This document shows, piece after piece, positions 53,335 through 61,895 of a stretch of 64,000 nt of DNA. Within the stretch, counting starts at the first letter, position 1, and each line of letters begins with the position of its first letter. The notes below the pieces were generated by a model. That model made no database searches. It worked only from the letters and a program-made list of their open reading frames with translations, and was not told the origin of the DNA. Origin of the DNA: an uncultured Rhodospirillaceae bacterium. Lineage in GTDB: Bacteria; Pseudomonadota; Alphaproteobacteria; UBA7887. The stretch is from assembly GCA_964515905.1 (NCBI GenBank), contig CAZEWK010000010.1:7002-71001 (forward strand). Direction: 5' to 3'. The position numbers and the translations under genes were made by a program.

Positions 53335-54218
53335 AAACACTCAAAATATCTATGGCGACCATTGCAAGGTCAGTCAGGAAAGAACTATCAAATCTCATAC
53401 CTTCTCAAGAAGGCCCGCAAAATACTCTTTCGGAAGCCATGCGTTACTCTTCTATCGAAGGAGGAAAGAGATTACGCCCGTTTCTTCTGGTTAAAAGCGC
53501 TAATCTATTTAACGTACCCTTCCAGCAATCAATTCGTGTAGCAGCCGCTGTTGAGTTGATACATTGCTATTCGCTGGTTCACGATGATTTACCTGCAATG
53601 GACGACGATGATTTACGACGTGGAAAACCAACCAACCACAAGGTCTTTGGCGAAGCCACAGCGATCCTAGCCGGTAACGCTCTCCTCACGCTTGCTTTTG
53701 AGTCACTGAATAAACCAGACCGAGGTATAGAAGCAGGTATACGATGCCAACTTAGTCAAAAACTTGCTGAAGCCGCTGGAATGAAGGGCCTAGTGGGAGG
53801 TCAGATTCTTGATATAGGCTCAGAAAACCACATTTTAAACGAGTCAGAAATTTCGCAACTGCAACAACTAAAGACTGGTGCTTTATTCCGATTTTCCGCC
53901 GAAGCTGGGGTATTACTCGGGTCTGGTGAGGCTGAGGATTTAAGAGCATTGTCAAATTATGCCGATGCTTTGGGCATGGCCTTCCAAATAACAGATGATC
54001 TACTGGATGTTGAAGGACAACAGGAAAAAACTGGCAAGAGAACACGTAAAGACGGTGTCGCGGGGAAAGCAACTTTTGTCTCTCTGCTCGGTGTTGAGTC
54101 AGCTCGCACGAAGGCGCAAGACCTGATCGAAACCTCAGTCCAATGTTTGAATCGTTTCGATGATAGAGCTGAAGATTTAAGGAAACTGTCGGACTTTATT
54201 TTGACTCGAACCCATTGA
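53331..54218 (+). CDS. ispA: (2E,6E)-farnesyl diphosphate synthase / polyprenyl synthetase
   Basis: GGKRLRP, first DDxxD (LVHDDLPAMDDDDLRRGKP), second DDxxD (FQITDDLLD). The TTG at 53331 overlaps the xseB stop; an alternative ATG lies at 53352. Confidence 0.9.
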   Translation: MKTLKISMATIARSVRKELSNLIPSQEGPQNTLSEAMRYSSIEGGKRLRPFLLVKSANLFNVPFQQSIRVAAAVELIHCYSLVHDDLPAMDDDDLRRGKPTNHKVFGEATAILAGNALLTLAFESLNKPDRGIEAGIRCQLSQKLAEAAGMKGLVGGQILDIGSENHILNESEISQLQQLKTGALFRFSAEAGVLLGSGEAEDLRALSNYADALGMAFQITDDLLDVEGQQEKTGKRTRKDGVAGKATFVSLLGVESARTKAQDLIETSVQCLNRFDDRAEDLRKLSDFILTRTH

Positions 54219-54280
54219 CGTCTACTATCACTCTTTCAACCTAATGTTCGCGAAGTCGGCAACAACAACTATAAAACTTT

Positions 54281-55030
54281 ATGAAAAATGATAGCAAATA
54301 TCGCCTTGATGATATACTAGTCTCTCGTGGCATAGCTGCCAATCGCTCCAAGGCGAAAGCAATTATTATGTCTGGAATTGTTTTCAAAGGAAACAGCCGA
54401 TTAGACAAACCTGGACAAAGAATTTCGGCTGACACAAATATAACTATCCGCGGCCGATCGCATCCCTGGGTATCTCGGGGCGGAATTAAGCTCGCCCACG
54501 GACTTGATTATTTTGGTGTAGCGATCAATGGCTGTGTCTGCATTGATATTGGGGCTTCCACCGGAGGCTTTACTGATGTCCTATTATCGAGAGGGGCAAA
54601 GCGAGTATATGCAGTAGACAGCGGATATGGCCAACTTGATTGGGGTCTGCGTAAGGATCCACGTGTCATTGTACTTGAAAGGATCAACGCCCGATACTTG
54701 ACCTCGGTCCACGTTCCAGAGCCCGTTTCCGTTGTAACCTGTGACACTAGCTTTATAAGTCTAACCAAAGTACTACCTGCACCCCTCGAATTGGCAGTAA
54801 ATGGAAGCACATTGCTTGCATTAATCAAACCTCAGTTTGAAGCGGGCCGAAACCAGGTAGGAAAAGGCGGTGTCGTTCGCGACCCAAATGTTCATAAACA
54901 GGTTTGTCAGAAAATCGAAGATTGGCTAGACAATCAAACTAATTGGCATGTAATAGGGATTGAACAAAGCCCAATACAGGGCCCCAGCGGAAACTCCGAA
55001 TTCTTGTTAATGGCCAAATTATCACATTAA
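54281..55030 (+). CDS. tlyA: TlyA-family rRNA (cytidine-2'-O)-methyltransferase
   Basis: N-terminal S4 domain (RLDDILVSRGIAANRSKAKAII..G.V) and an FtsJ-like methyltransferase fold (CIDIGASTGGFTDVLL.RGAKRVYAVD). Confidence 0.88.
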   Translation: MKNDSKYRLDDILVSRGIAANRSKAKAIIMSGIVFKGNSRLDKPGQRISADTNITIRGRSHPWVSRGGIKLAHGLDYFGVAINGCVCIDIGASTGGFTDVLLSRGAKRVYAVDSGYGQLDWGLRKDPRVIVLERINARYLTSVHVPEPVSVVTCDTSFISLTKVLPAPLELAVNGSTLLALIKPQFEAGRNQVGKGGVVRDPNVHKQVCQKIEDWLDNQTNWHVIGIEQSPIQGPSGNSEFLLMAKLSH

Positions 55031-55121
55031 TATTGCGCTAATATCCGTTTTTGCCCCTCCATTAACCACCTTCCTTATTATAAAGTGTATCATTAAGATC
55101 ACACTTAAAGAAATGCGTCGC

Positions 55122-55190
55122 ATTCTCATTGCATCTCAGTCTCATTATCATTAGGAATGCAACTCAGATGCAATGAGAATAACTCTCATT
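55122..55190. promoter_or_regulatory. nested inverted-repeat array with Fur/Mur-like half sites upstream of the porin gene
   Basis: 19-nt arms ATTCTCATTGCATCTCAGT (55122-55140) and ACTCAGATGCAATGAGAAT (55162-55180), 18/19 complementary. The spacer contains CATTATCATT. An overlapping 19-bp palindrome AATGAGA-ATAAC-TCTCATT lies at 55172-55190. The heptamer TCTCATT/AATGAGA occurs four times. The array ends 88 nt before the ATG at 55278. Confidence 0.4.
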
Positions 55191-55277
55191 CTGAAATATT
55201 CGAGTGAGGTGCGCCAAATGGGAACCCTGGTGGACCCCTCTCGGCAATTCTAATTATTAAACAAAGGTAGTTATATA

Positions 55278-56510
55278 ATGAAAATGGCTAACAAAGTATT
55301 TTTGTATGGTGCCATTGGGATGATGGGGATATCGAGCGCGCAGAGCCAAACCCCCACAGCTGACGAAATGTGGCAAATCATTCAAGAGCAACAAGCAACT
55401 ATCAAAGCCCTACAACAGCAAGTCGGTGAAACAGATCAGAAAGTGGAAGCCGCAGGAGAAATGTTGGATGAAGTTGCGACCGGTGGTACTCGCGATAAAC
55501 TCCTCTGGGGTGGATATGGTGAAATACATTACAATGCTGGGGATACTCAGGAAATTGACGTCCATCGCTTTGTTTTGTTCTCTGAATACAACTTCAACGA
55601 TAAATTGCGACTGAATACTGAGTTCGAGTTGGAGCATGCCCTCGCTGGTGACGGCAAACCAGGTGAGGTAGAATTAGAGCAAGCCTTTATCGAATGGGAT
55701 GTAGCGCCAAGTAATAGCCTCTTCGCAGGTGTTCATTTGGTGCCTGTCGGCCTATTAAACGATACTCACGAACCACCAACCTTCTTCGGGGTTGAAAGAG
55801 ATCGAGTGCACTCACAGATAATTCCAACCACATGGTGGGAGGCAGGTGTCGGGTCTAGCGGAGAAATTAGCGAAGGCCTTGGATATGACCTCTTTGTTCA
55901 TTCAGGGCTGCAACTCCCGGTTACAGGCAGCAGTGCGTACGCTATACGCAGTGGCCGCCAAAAGGTTGCTGAAGCTACAGCGACAGACCCCGCTGTTACC
56001 GGCCGCCTTCGGTGGAGTGGGATACCCGGGGTTAACCTGTCGGCTGCTCTTCAATACCAAAACGATATTACCCAAGGTACCAACGACCAAGATGTCGCCG
56101 GGTCTCAACTCAGCATTGATGCGTGGCTATATAACGTCAATGCAGATATCCTAATAAATGGCTGGGGCCTGAGGGCAATGTACGCTCAGTGGGATTTAGA
56201 AGATGGAACAGCTGGGACCGGGCCAGGGAATTTTGGGAAAGAAAAGCAATGGGGTTACTTGGTTGAACCCTCATATAGATTTTCGGTTCCGGGTGCCAAT
56301 GGTCAGGGCACGCTTGGCATATTCGCGCGTCACAGCAAGTTTGATGCCGCTGATGGTGACAACACTGAGAGTGAAGAACAATCATTTACTTTCGGGGCTA
56401 ATTATTGGATCCACCCATCTGTAGTGTTCAAGGTCGATTACGACCAAGTGAGCCTCCAAGAGGGTACAGGATCGGATCGGCTGAATGTCGGCATGGGCTG
56501 GCAGTTCTAG
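55278..56510 (+). CDS. putative outer-membrane beta-barrel porin (OprO/P-like architecture)
   Basis: Signal peptide (...GISSAQSQ), N-terminal coiled-coil segment (MWQIIQEQQATIKALQQQVGE), alternating beta-strand pattern, aromatic C-terminus ...NVGMGWQF. Confidence 0.6.
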   Translation: MKMANKVFLYGAIGMMGISSAQSQTPTADEMWQIIQEQQATIKALQQQVGETDQKVEAAGEMLDEVATGGTRDKLLWGGYGEIHYNAGDTQEIDVHRFVLFSEYNFNDKLRLNTEFELEHALAGDGKPGEVELEQAFIEWDVAPSNSLFAGVHLVPVGLLNDTHEPPTFFGVERDRVHSQIIPTTWWEAGVGSSGEISEGLGYDLFVHSGLQLPVTGSSAYAIRSGRQKVAEATATDPAVTGRLRWSGIPGVNLSAALQYQNDITQGTNDQDVAGSQLSIDAWLYNVNADILINGWGLRAMYAQWDLEDGTAGTGPGNFGKEKQWGYLVEPSYRFSVPGANGQGTLGIFARHSKFDAADGDNTESEEQSFTFGANYWIHPSVVFKVDYDQVSLQEGTGSDRLNVGMGWQF

Positions 56511-56537
56511 ATTTGCACTATAGAGCAGAAGATCATA

Positions 56538-56568
56538 GAAGGGGTCCTTGAGGACCCCTTCTTTATTT
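56538..56568 (+). terminator. Rho-independent terminator after the porin gene
   Basis: Perfect 10-bp GC-rich stem GAAGGGGTCC-ttga-GGACCCCTTC followed by TTTATTT. It starts 28 nt after the porin stop and ends 15 nt before the next ATG. Confidence 0.85.
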
Positions 56569-56582
56569 CTGACCCATTAGAA

Positions 56583-57113
56583 ATGACCATTTTCAAACTA
56601 TACCTTCGCGTAATCTGCCTAGTCTTTCTCGTGTGTGTACCATTCACAACTGGAAACGCCGATGACGTATACCTCGAACCGACAGTATTTCTAACTGAGG
56701 TCTTTGGCGAAGCCCAGCCCGAATCTAAAGTATTGTGGATTACAAAAGACCTCAAACCAACGGCAAATAAAATTATGACTCATAGTCATGGCCCGAGGCG
56801 CGTCCGGTACTGGGCTCAAGGGCAACGAAGTGCCTGGATTCTGGAAGAAATTGGCAAGGTTAAACCAATCACAACCGGTATTGTCGTAAACGAGGGCCTC
56901 ATTGAACGTGTTACAGTTCTAATTTATCGTGAATCTCGGGGGTGGGAAGTTCGATATTCTTTTTTTACAGACCAGTTTTTAGGAGCAAAACTCATCGAAG
57001 ACCATGAGCTTAGCACTTCGATTGACGGAATATCAGGCGCAACATTATCAGTGAGCGCACTAACCCGGTTAGCGCAGCTTGCATTATACTTCCATGAACA
57101 AATTAAACCCTAG
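56583..57113 (+). CDS. secreted FMN-binding (FMN_bind) domain protein with ApbE-type flavinylation motif
   Basis: Signal peptide (LVFLVCVPFTTGNA). NosR/RnfG/NqrC-like domain (ILEEIGKVKPITTGIVV...). Motif D-G-I-S-G-A-T-L-S with the target Thr154 at nt 57042-57044. Confidence 0.75.
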   Translation: MTIFKLYLRVICLVFLVCVPFTTGNADDVYLEPTVFLTEVFGEAQPESKVLWITKDLKPTANKIMTHSHGPRRVRYWAQGQRSAWILEEIGKVKPITTGIVVNEGLIERVTVLIYRESRGWEVRYSFFTDQFLGAKLIEDHELSTSIDGISGATLSVSALTRLAQLALYFHEQIKP

Positions 57114-57858
57114 TAACCCAAAAAGAAAAATATTTAACCGTCGGAGACTCCAGTTTGCATACACTGTACTCCTGTGGCACGGCAGGTTGGGCATCGCCGT
57201 CGCATTATTTTTATTGATTCTTTTAACCACAGGCATCGCATTAAATCACACTGAACGGCTGTCCCTGGATGAAACATATATAAGCAATGAATGGTTACTT
57301 GACTGGTACGGGTTTACTCCAGAACGGGATCCAATAAGTTATAAGACCGACCAATATTGGATAACCGAAATAGACGGGAAAATCTTTCTCGATAGTAAGT
57401 TAATAATGAATTCGGCAAAAACATGCGTGGGAGCGTTAGTAACGACAAGCATGTTGGTCATTGCCTCAGTCGACGCTCTTTTTCTATTTGATCAAGAGGG
57501 AATCCTGATAGAAAAAATTACCACTATCCCAGGAGCAATACGCCGTCTTGGTGAACTTGACGGTGATACTTATATTGATACCGCCACAGGAATATTCGCG
57601 ACCGACGAGAATTTTATCGTTTGGGAACCAACTATATCAGCACCGAACTGGATTTTAGACTCGCCTTTACCGGAACAGATCGAGCAATCTGTTTTGGAAG
57701 CTTATCGTGGGAAGGGTCTGCCTCTAGAGAGGATTATACTTGACCTTCATAGTGGACGGATAGTTGGGACATGGGGCCCTTACCTGATGGACGCAGCCGC
57801 CATAGTACTACTGATTCTGGCGATATCTGGTTTTTATAATTGGACTATTCGGCGATAG
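57094..57858 (+). CDS. PepSY-associated TM-helix (PiuB-like) membrane protein
   Basis: N-terminal TM helix with His (GIAVALFLLILLTTGIALNH), a periplasmic middle region, LDLHSGRIVG followed by a C-terminal TM helix. The ATG at 57094 (TTG 57079 in the ORF track) overlaps the upstream gene by 20 nt. Confidence 0.65.
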   Translation: MNKLNPSNPKRKIFNRRRLQFAYTVLLWHGRLGIAVALFLLILLTTGIALNHTERLSLDETYISNEWLLDWYGFTPERDPISYKTDQYWITEIDGKIFLDSKLIMNSAKTCVGALVTTSMLVIASVDALFLFDQEGILIEKITTIPGAIRRLGELDGDTYIDTATGIFATDENFIVWEPTISAPNWILDSPLPEQIEQSVLEAYRGKGLPLERIILDLHSGRIVGTWGPYLMDAAAIVLLILAISGFYNWTIRR

Positions 57859-57987
57859 AATCAAACAAAAACACGCCAAACTTAACCACACACTTTTCCC
57901 CACCTTTGGTTCCAATCATAAATATAGGAGCGTATTGAGCTCACGCACCAGGGAACATCCCTCCATACTCATTAAGGGTTTACTAGA

Positions 57988-59070
57988 CTAGACCCGCTTA
58001 GTAATAAGCCCTCGATCTCTTATAATGTGATCAGCCAGCACACAAGCCATCATGGCTTCACCGACTGGAACCGCTCGAATGCCAACACACGGATCGTGCC
58101 TACCTTTGGTAGCAATTTCAGTTTCTTTACCGTTTACGTCGATAGTACGCATAGGCTTTAAAATTGAACTCGTAGGTTTCACAGCAAAACGAACAATCAC
58201 GTCCTGACCAGTACTGATCCCCCCTAGCACCCCACCAGCATTGTTGCTTAGGAATAATGGTTCGCCCATCTCTCCCGACCGCATTTCGTCCGCATTCTCT
58301 TCCCCTGTCATTGCAGCAGCAGAGAAACCAGCACCTATTTCTACTCCTTTGACAGCATTGATTGTCATCATTGCTCTAGCAAGATCTCCATCCAGCTTGT
58401 CGTATACGGGCTCACCTAACCCAATAGGAACCCCAGTCGCAACTACCTCAATAACTGCACCCAGAGAAAGTCCTTCCTTTCGAACGGCCTCAAGCACTCC
58501 CTCCCATTCCACTGCAGCCTTTGCATCGGGACACCAAAAGGGGTTTTGTTCCACCTCACTCCAATCCCAAACAGACCGTTCAACCCTATGACTACCTAGC
58601 TGTACCAGCGCACCACGAATTATTATAGCGTCTCCAATCACTTTACGGGCCACCGCCCCCGCAGCGACGCGCATTGCCGTCTCACGAGCACTAGCCCTTC
58701 CGCCACCACGGTAATCTCGGATTCCATATTTGGCCAAATAAGTATAATCCGCATGTGACGGCCGAAATTTTTCAGCGATGTCACTATAATCTCTTGTACG
58801 TGAATCTTTATTTTCAATAACAAGGCTTATTGGTGTGCCAGTCGTCAGGCCATTGAACACACCCGACACTATTTTCACGATGTCCGGTTCTTTGCGCTGA
58901 GTCGTATATTTGGATTGCCCAGGACGACGGCGATTCAGCCAAAACTGAATGTCCTCCTCAGAAAGTTCAATGCCAGGGGGAACTCCGTCCAGAACACAAC
59001 CAATTTCGGGTCCGTGGCTTTCTCCCCATGTGGTAAAACGAAACGCCTGACCAAAGGTATTTCCAGCCAT
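57988..59070 (-). CDS. aroC: chorismate synthase
   Basis: [43 protein letters not shown]. Confidence 0.96.
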   Translation of the reverse strand: MAGNTFGQAFRFTTWGESHGPEIGCVLDGVPPGIELSEEDIQFWLNRRRPGQSKYTTQRKEPDIVKIVSGVFNGLTTGTPISLVIENKDSRTRDYSDIAEKFRPSHADYTYLAKYGIRDYRGGGRASARETAMRVAAGAVARKVIGDAIIIRGALVQLGSHRVERSVWDWSEVEQNPFWCPDAKAAVEWEGVLEAVRKEGLSLGAVIEVVATGVPIGLGEPVYDKLDGDLARAMMTINAVKGVEIGAGFSAAAMTGEENADEMRSGEMGEPLFLSNNAGGVLGGISTGQDVIVRFAVKPTSSILKPMRTIDVNGKETEIATKGRHDPCVGIRAVPVGEAMMACVLADHIIRDRGLITKRV

Positions 59071-59078
59071 ACTACAGG

Positions 59079-59915
59079 CTACACAGTCGATATGTCGGGA
59101 GCGTCCGGTCTCTTCATACCCACCACGTGATACCCCGAGTCAACATGATGTATTTCCCCCGTTACTCCAGAACTGAGGTCACTCAATAGGTAAAGGCCTG
59201 CACCACCAACGTCCTCGATGGTTACGTTCCGCTGGAGAGGCGAATTTAGCTCGTTCCACTTTAAAATATAACGGAAGTCACCGACTCCGCTTGCCGCAAG
59301 GGTCTTTATGGGTCCTGCCGAGACAGCGTTCACGCGAATCCCCTCACCCCCTAAATCCGCAGCTAGATAACGAACACTCGCCTCCAGTGCGGCCTTGGCA
59401 ACACCCATAACGTTATAATGAGGAATTACTCTTTCTGCTCCATAGTAAGATAAGGTAAGTAAGCTGCCACCTTTACGCATCAACTTGGCAGCCCGCTGGC
59501 AGACTGCGGTAAAAGAGTAGCAAGAAATCTGCATGGTTTTAGCAAAATTTTCTGGGCTGGTATCGACATAACGACCCTTGAGCTCTTCCTTATCAGAAAA
59601 CGCTATGGCATGAACCACAAAATCCAGGCCATCCCATCGATCAGAAATATTATTAAATACTGCATCCAGAGCCGAATCATCATTCACATCACACGGTAAT
59701 ATGACGTTGGACCCTATCGACTCTGCCAAGGGCCCTACACGGCGTTCGAGAGCTTCACCCTGATAAGTGAATGCTACCTCTCCACCTTGTTCAGCAACAG
59801 AGCGCGCTATCCCCCAAGCAAGAGATCGATCATTGGCTACGCCCATAATTAACCCCCTTTTTCCAGCCATTAACGGCTCTGCCATTGGAAGAACCTTGGG
59901 TTTCACCTCTGTCAT
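59079..59915 (-). CDS. fabI: enoyl-[acyl-carrier-protein] reductase (NADH), FabI
   Basis: [40 protein letters not shown] (Tyr/Lys catalytic pair), [15 protein letters not shown]. The true start is probably an internal Met (59885 or 59870). Confidence 0.93.
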   Translation of the reverse strand: MTEVKPKVLPMAEPLMAGKRGLIMGVANDRSLAWGIARSVAEQGGEVAFTYQGEALERRVGPLAESIGSNVILPCDVNDDSALDAVFNNISDRWDGLDFVVHAIAFSDKEELKGRYVDTSPENFAKTMQISCYSFTAVCQRAAKLMRKGGSLLTLSYYGAERVIPHYNVMGVAKAALEASVRYLAADLGGEGIRVNAVSAGPIKTLAASGVGDFRYILKWNELNSPLQRNVTIEDVGGAGLYLLSDLSSGVTGEIHHVDSGYHVVGMKRPDAPDISTV

Positions 59916-60138
59916 TTATTGACCTCACACACGGTATTGACGCTCTATATCAGTCTCATGAATAAATAAACTATATCTTACACCATGAATATGGCACACG
60001 AAAGACACCGAAATCCGTGCTTTTGCAAGATACTTACGGTCACAGCTATACTGATATCCTAACCGTTTGAATAACGCACCCCTCATAAAAATACTACTTA
60101 ATATTAGGGTCTCAAAATTAATAATCCTGAAGGATGTT

Positions 60139-60942
60139 TTATGCCCCTGTAAATTGGGGTTTCCGCTTGTCAATAAAGGCAGCAACCCCCTCCCGAAAAT
60201 CATTGCGGGCAGCGCAATCGGCAAAGCTTTCTGCTTCCATTTGTAATTGAGACTCAAACTGGTTTTCTAAACTACGATACATCAATTTTTTTGCCATCCC
60301 ATAAACGTGAGTTGGCCCACTGGCTAATCGTTCCACCAACTTTCCACATTCACTATCCAAATCGCTCTCTGAAACCACGAAATTAACCATTCCCATATCT
60401 GACATCTGCTGTGCACTATAACGGTCCCCAAGAAGCGTCATTTCCAGTGTCCTTTTTAAACCAATTGCCCTAGGCAAATGAAAAGATGAGGAACCATCGG
60501 GCGTGATACCTATGTGACAATATGCAAGAGTAAAAAACGCACCTTCTTCGGCAATGATCAGGTCACATGCGGCCGCCAGGGACACCCCCGCACCGGCGGC
60601 CGCTCCCCTTACTTTCGCTACAATCGGTTTTTGCATGCGCCTCATGGAGAACATTATAGGATGAAGGTTATGAATACGGTGGAGAAAATACGATTCAATT
60701 TCTTCCTGCTCGTGTCCCTGAAGAAATTCACTCATCTGGCGAATATCACCTCCCGCCATGAAATTATCTCCTTCCCCTTCCAACAATATGCAACGCACGT
60801 TCTCGTCAAATTCTAGTCTATGTAGATTCTCGTCCAGTAACTGGCGCATTTCCATCGACAATGCATTCCTAACTTCGGGCCTGTTCATCGTCAGAGTAGC
60901 AATACCGTCATCAACATTGATTTTGAGATCGGCCATATTCAA
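60139..60942 (-). CDS. enoyl-CoA hydratase/isomerase (crotonase) family protein
   Basis: TMNRPEVRNAL, GEGDNFMAGGDI, AKVRGAAAGAGVSLAAACDL, C-terminal DF.EGV.AF..KR.P.F. Confidence 0.85.
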   Translation of the reverse strand: MNMADLKINVDDGIATLTMNRPEVRNALSMEMRQLLDENLHRLEFDENVRCILLEGEGDNFMAGGDIRQMSEFLQGHEQEEIESYFLHRIHNLHPIMFSMRRMQKPIVAKVRGAAAGAGVSLAAACDLIIAEEGAFFTLAYCHIGITPDGSSSFHLPRAIGLKRTLEMTLLGDRYSAQQMSDMGMVNFVVSESDLDSECGKLVERLASGPTHVYGMAKKLMYRSLENQFESQLQMEAESFADCAARNDFREGVAAFIDKRKPQFTGA

Positions 60943-61160
60943 TTCTCCGTCTAGGTTAATTAAAATTGGTGTTGCAATGGATTGTTATATTTTGATAGCC
61001 CTTACCATCTCATGGTGATACCACCAAACAGATGGACCAACCGGTGGAAACAGGAAATCGTAGAGACCCCTGATAACAATGAGAGTTTGTCGCAAAGCTG
61101 ATAGATTTGGAGGGCACACAATCGCACCATGTTGGATAACTTTCATGAGGGAGAAAAGCA

Positions 61161-61811
61161 ATGCCGTTAAAACTATTTGGCTATTTTCGTTCGTCAGCTG
61201 CCTACCGCGTCCGTATAGCGCTAGAATTGAAGTCACTAGATTGGCATTCTGAATCCATACATCTTACAAAAGACGGGGGAATGCAGTTTGGTTCCCCTTA
61301 CCAATCCATTAATCCTTCGTCACTCGTCCCGACTTTGCAAGACCATGATACCTATCTCACTCAATCCCTAGCAATAATTGAATATCTTGAAGAAAAATAC
61401 AGAAAACCCGCTCTCCTGCCGAGAGATCCTATATCTCGAAGCTGGGTCCGGTCGATTGCATTGTCAATTGCCTGTGACGTACACCCATTAAATAACCTTC
61501 GAGTTTTAAAGTACCTGAAGAACACCCTGGAAGTATCAGATAGCGCAAGATCAGATTGGTATGCCCACTGGATTTCAAAAACCTTTGCGGGCATCGAAAC
61601 AATGCTTGCTCAACAACCATATACCGGTAGTTTTTGTTATGGAGACAAACCCACTCTGGCCGATATTTGTCTTGTACCACAAATCTTTAATGCTAACCGT
61701 TTTGAATGTGACCTGACATCTTTTCCAACCATTCTCCGCATTAACAATAACTGCATGGCACTAAAAGCATTTCAGGCTGCCCATCCAACAAATCAGCCCG
61801 ACTCTGAATAA
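61161..61811 (+). CDS. maiA: maleylacetoacetate isomerase (zeta-class GST)
   Basis: LFGYFRSSAAYRVRIAL, NP...VPTL, LTQSLAIIEYLEE, PLNNLRVLKYL. Confidence 0.88.
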   Translation: MPLKLFGYFRSSAAYRVRIALELKSLDWHSESIHLTKDGGMQFGSPYQSINPSSLVPTLQDHDTYLTQSLAIIEYLEEKYRKPALLPRDPISRSWVRSIALSIACDVHPLNNLRVLKYLKNTLEVSDSARSDWYAHWISKTFAGIETMLAQQPYTGSFCYGDKPTLADICLVPQIFNANRFECDLTSFPTILRINNNCMALKAFQAAHPTNQPDSE

Positions 61812-61895
61812 ATAACATACGCATTTAAGCGTACAGGCGCCCACTCATCCAAATGACAGCGCAGCTGTCCAGGAATTAAGTCGACCCTGTATGAG

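Noticed and set aside
55082-55110. Imperfect inverted repeat AAGTGT-N12-ACACTT just after tlyA as a terminator or extra operator
   Set aside because: The arms are short, one flank is mismatched and there is no T-run. It may simply be part of the AT-rich promoter region, so it is not reported as a feature.
59925-60257. 110-aa minus-strand ORF in the fabI / crotonase gap
   Set aside because: It overlaps the 3' end of the crotonase gene and otherwise covers a 223-nt spacer. It has no domain signature and no convincing Shine-Dalgarno. It is more likely the fabI promoter region.
61855-61869. Hairpin GACAGC-GCA-GCTGTC between convergent maiA and the TRAP permease as a terminator
   Set aside because: It has only a 6-bp stem with a 3-nt loop and no adjacent T-run on either strand, which is too weak to call.
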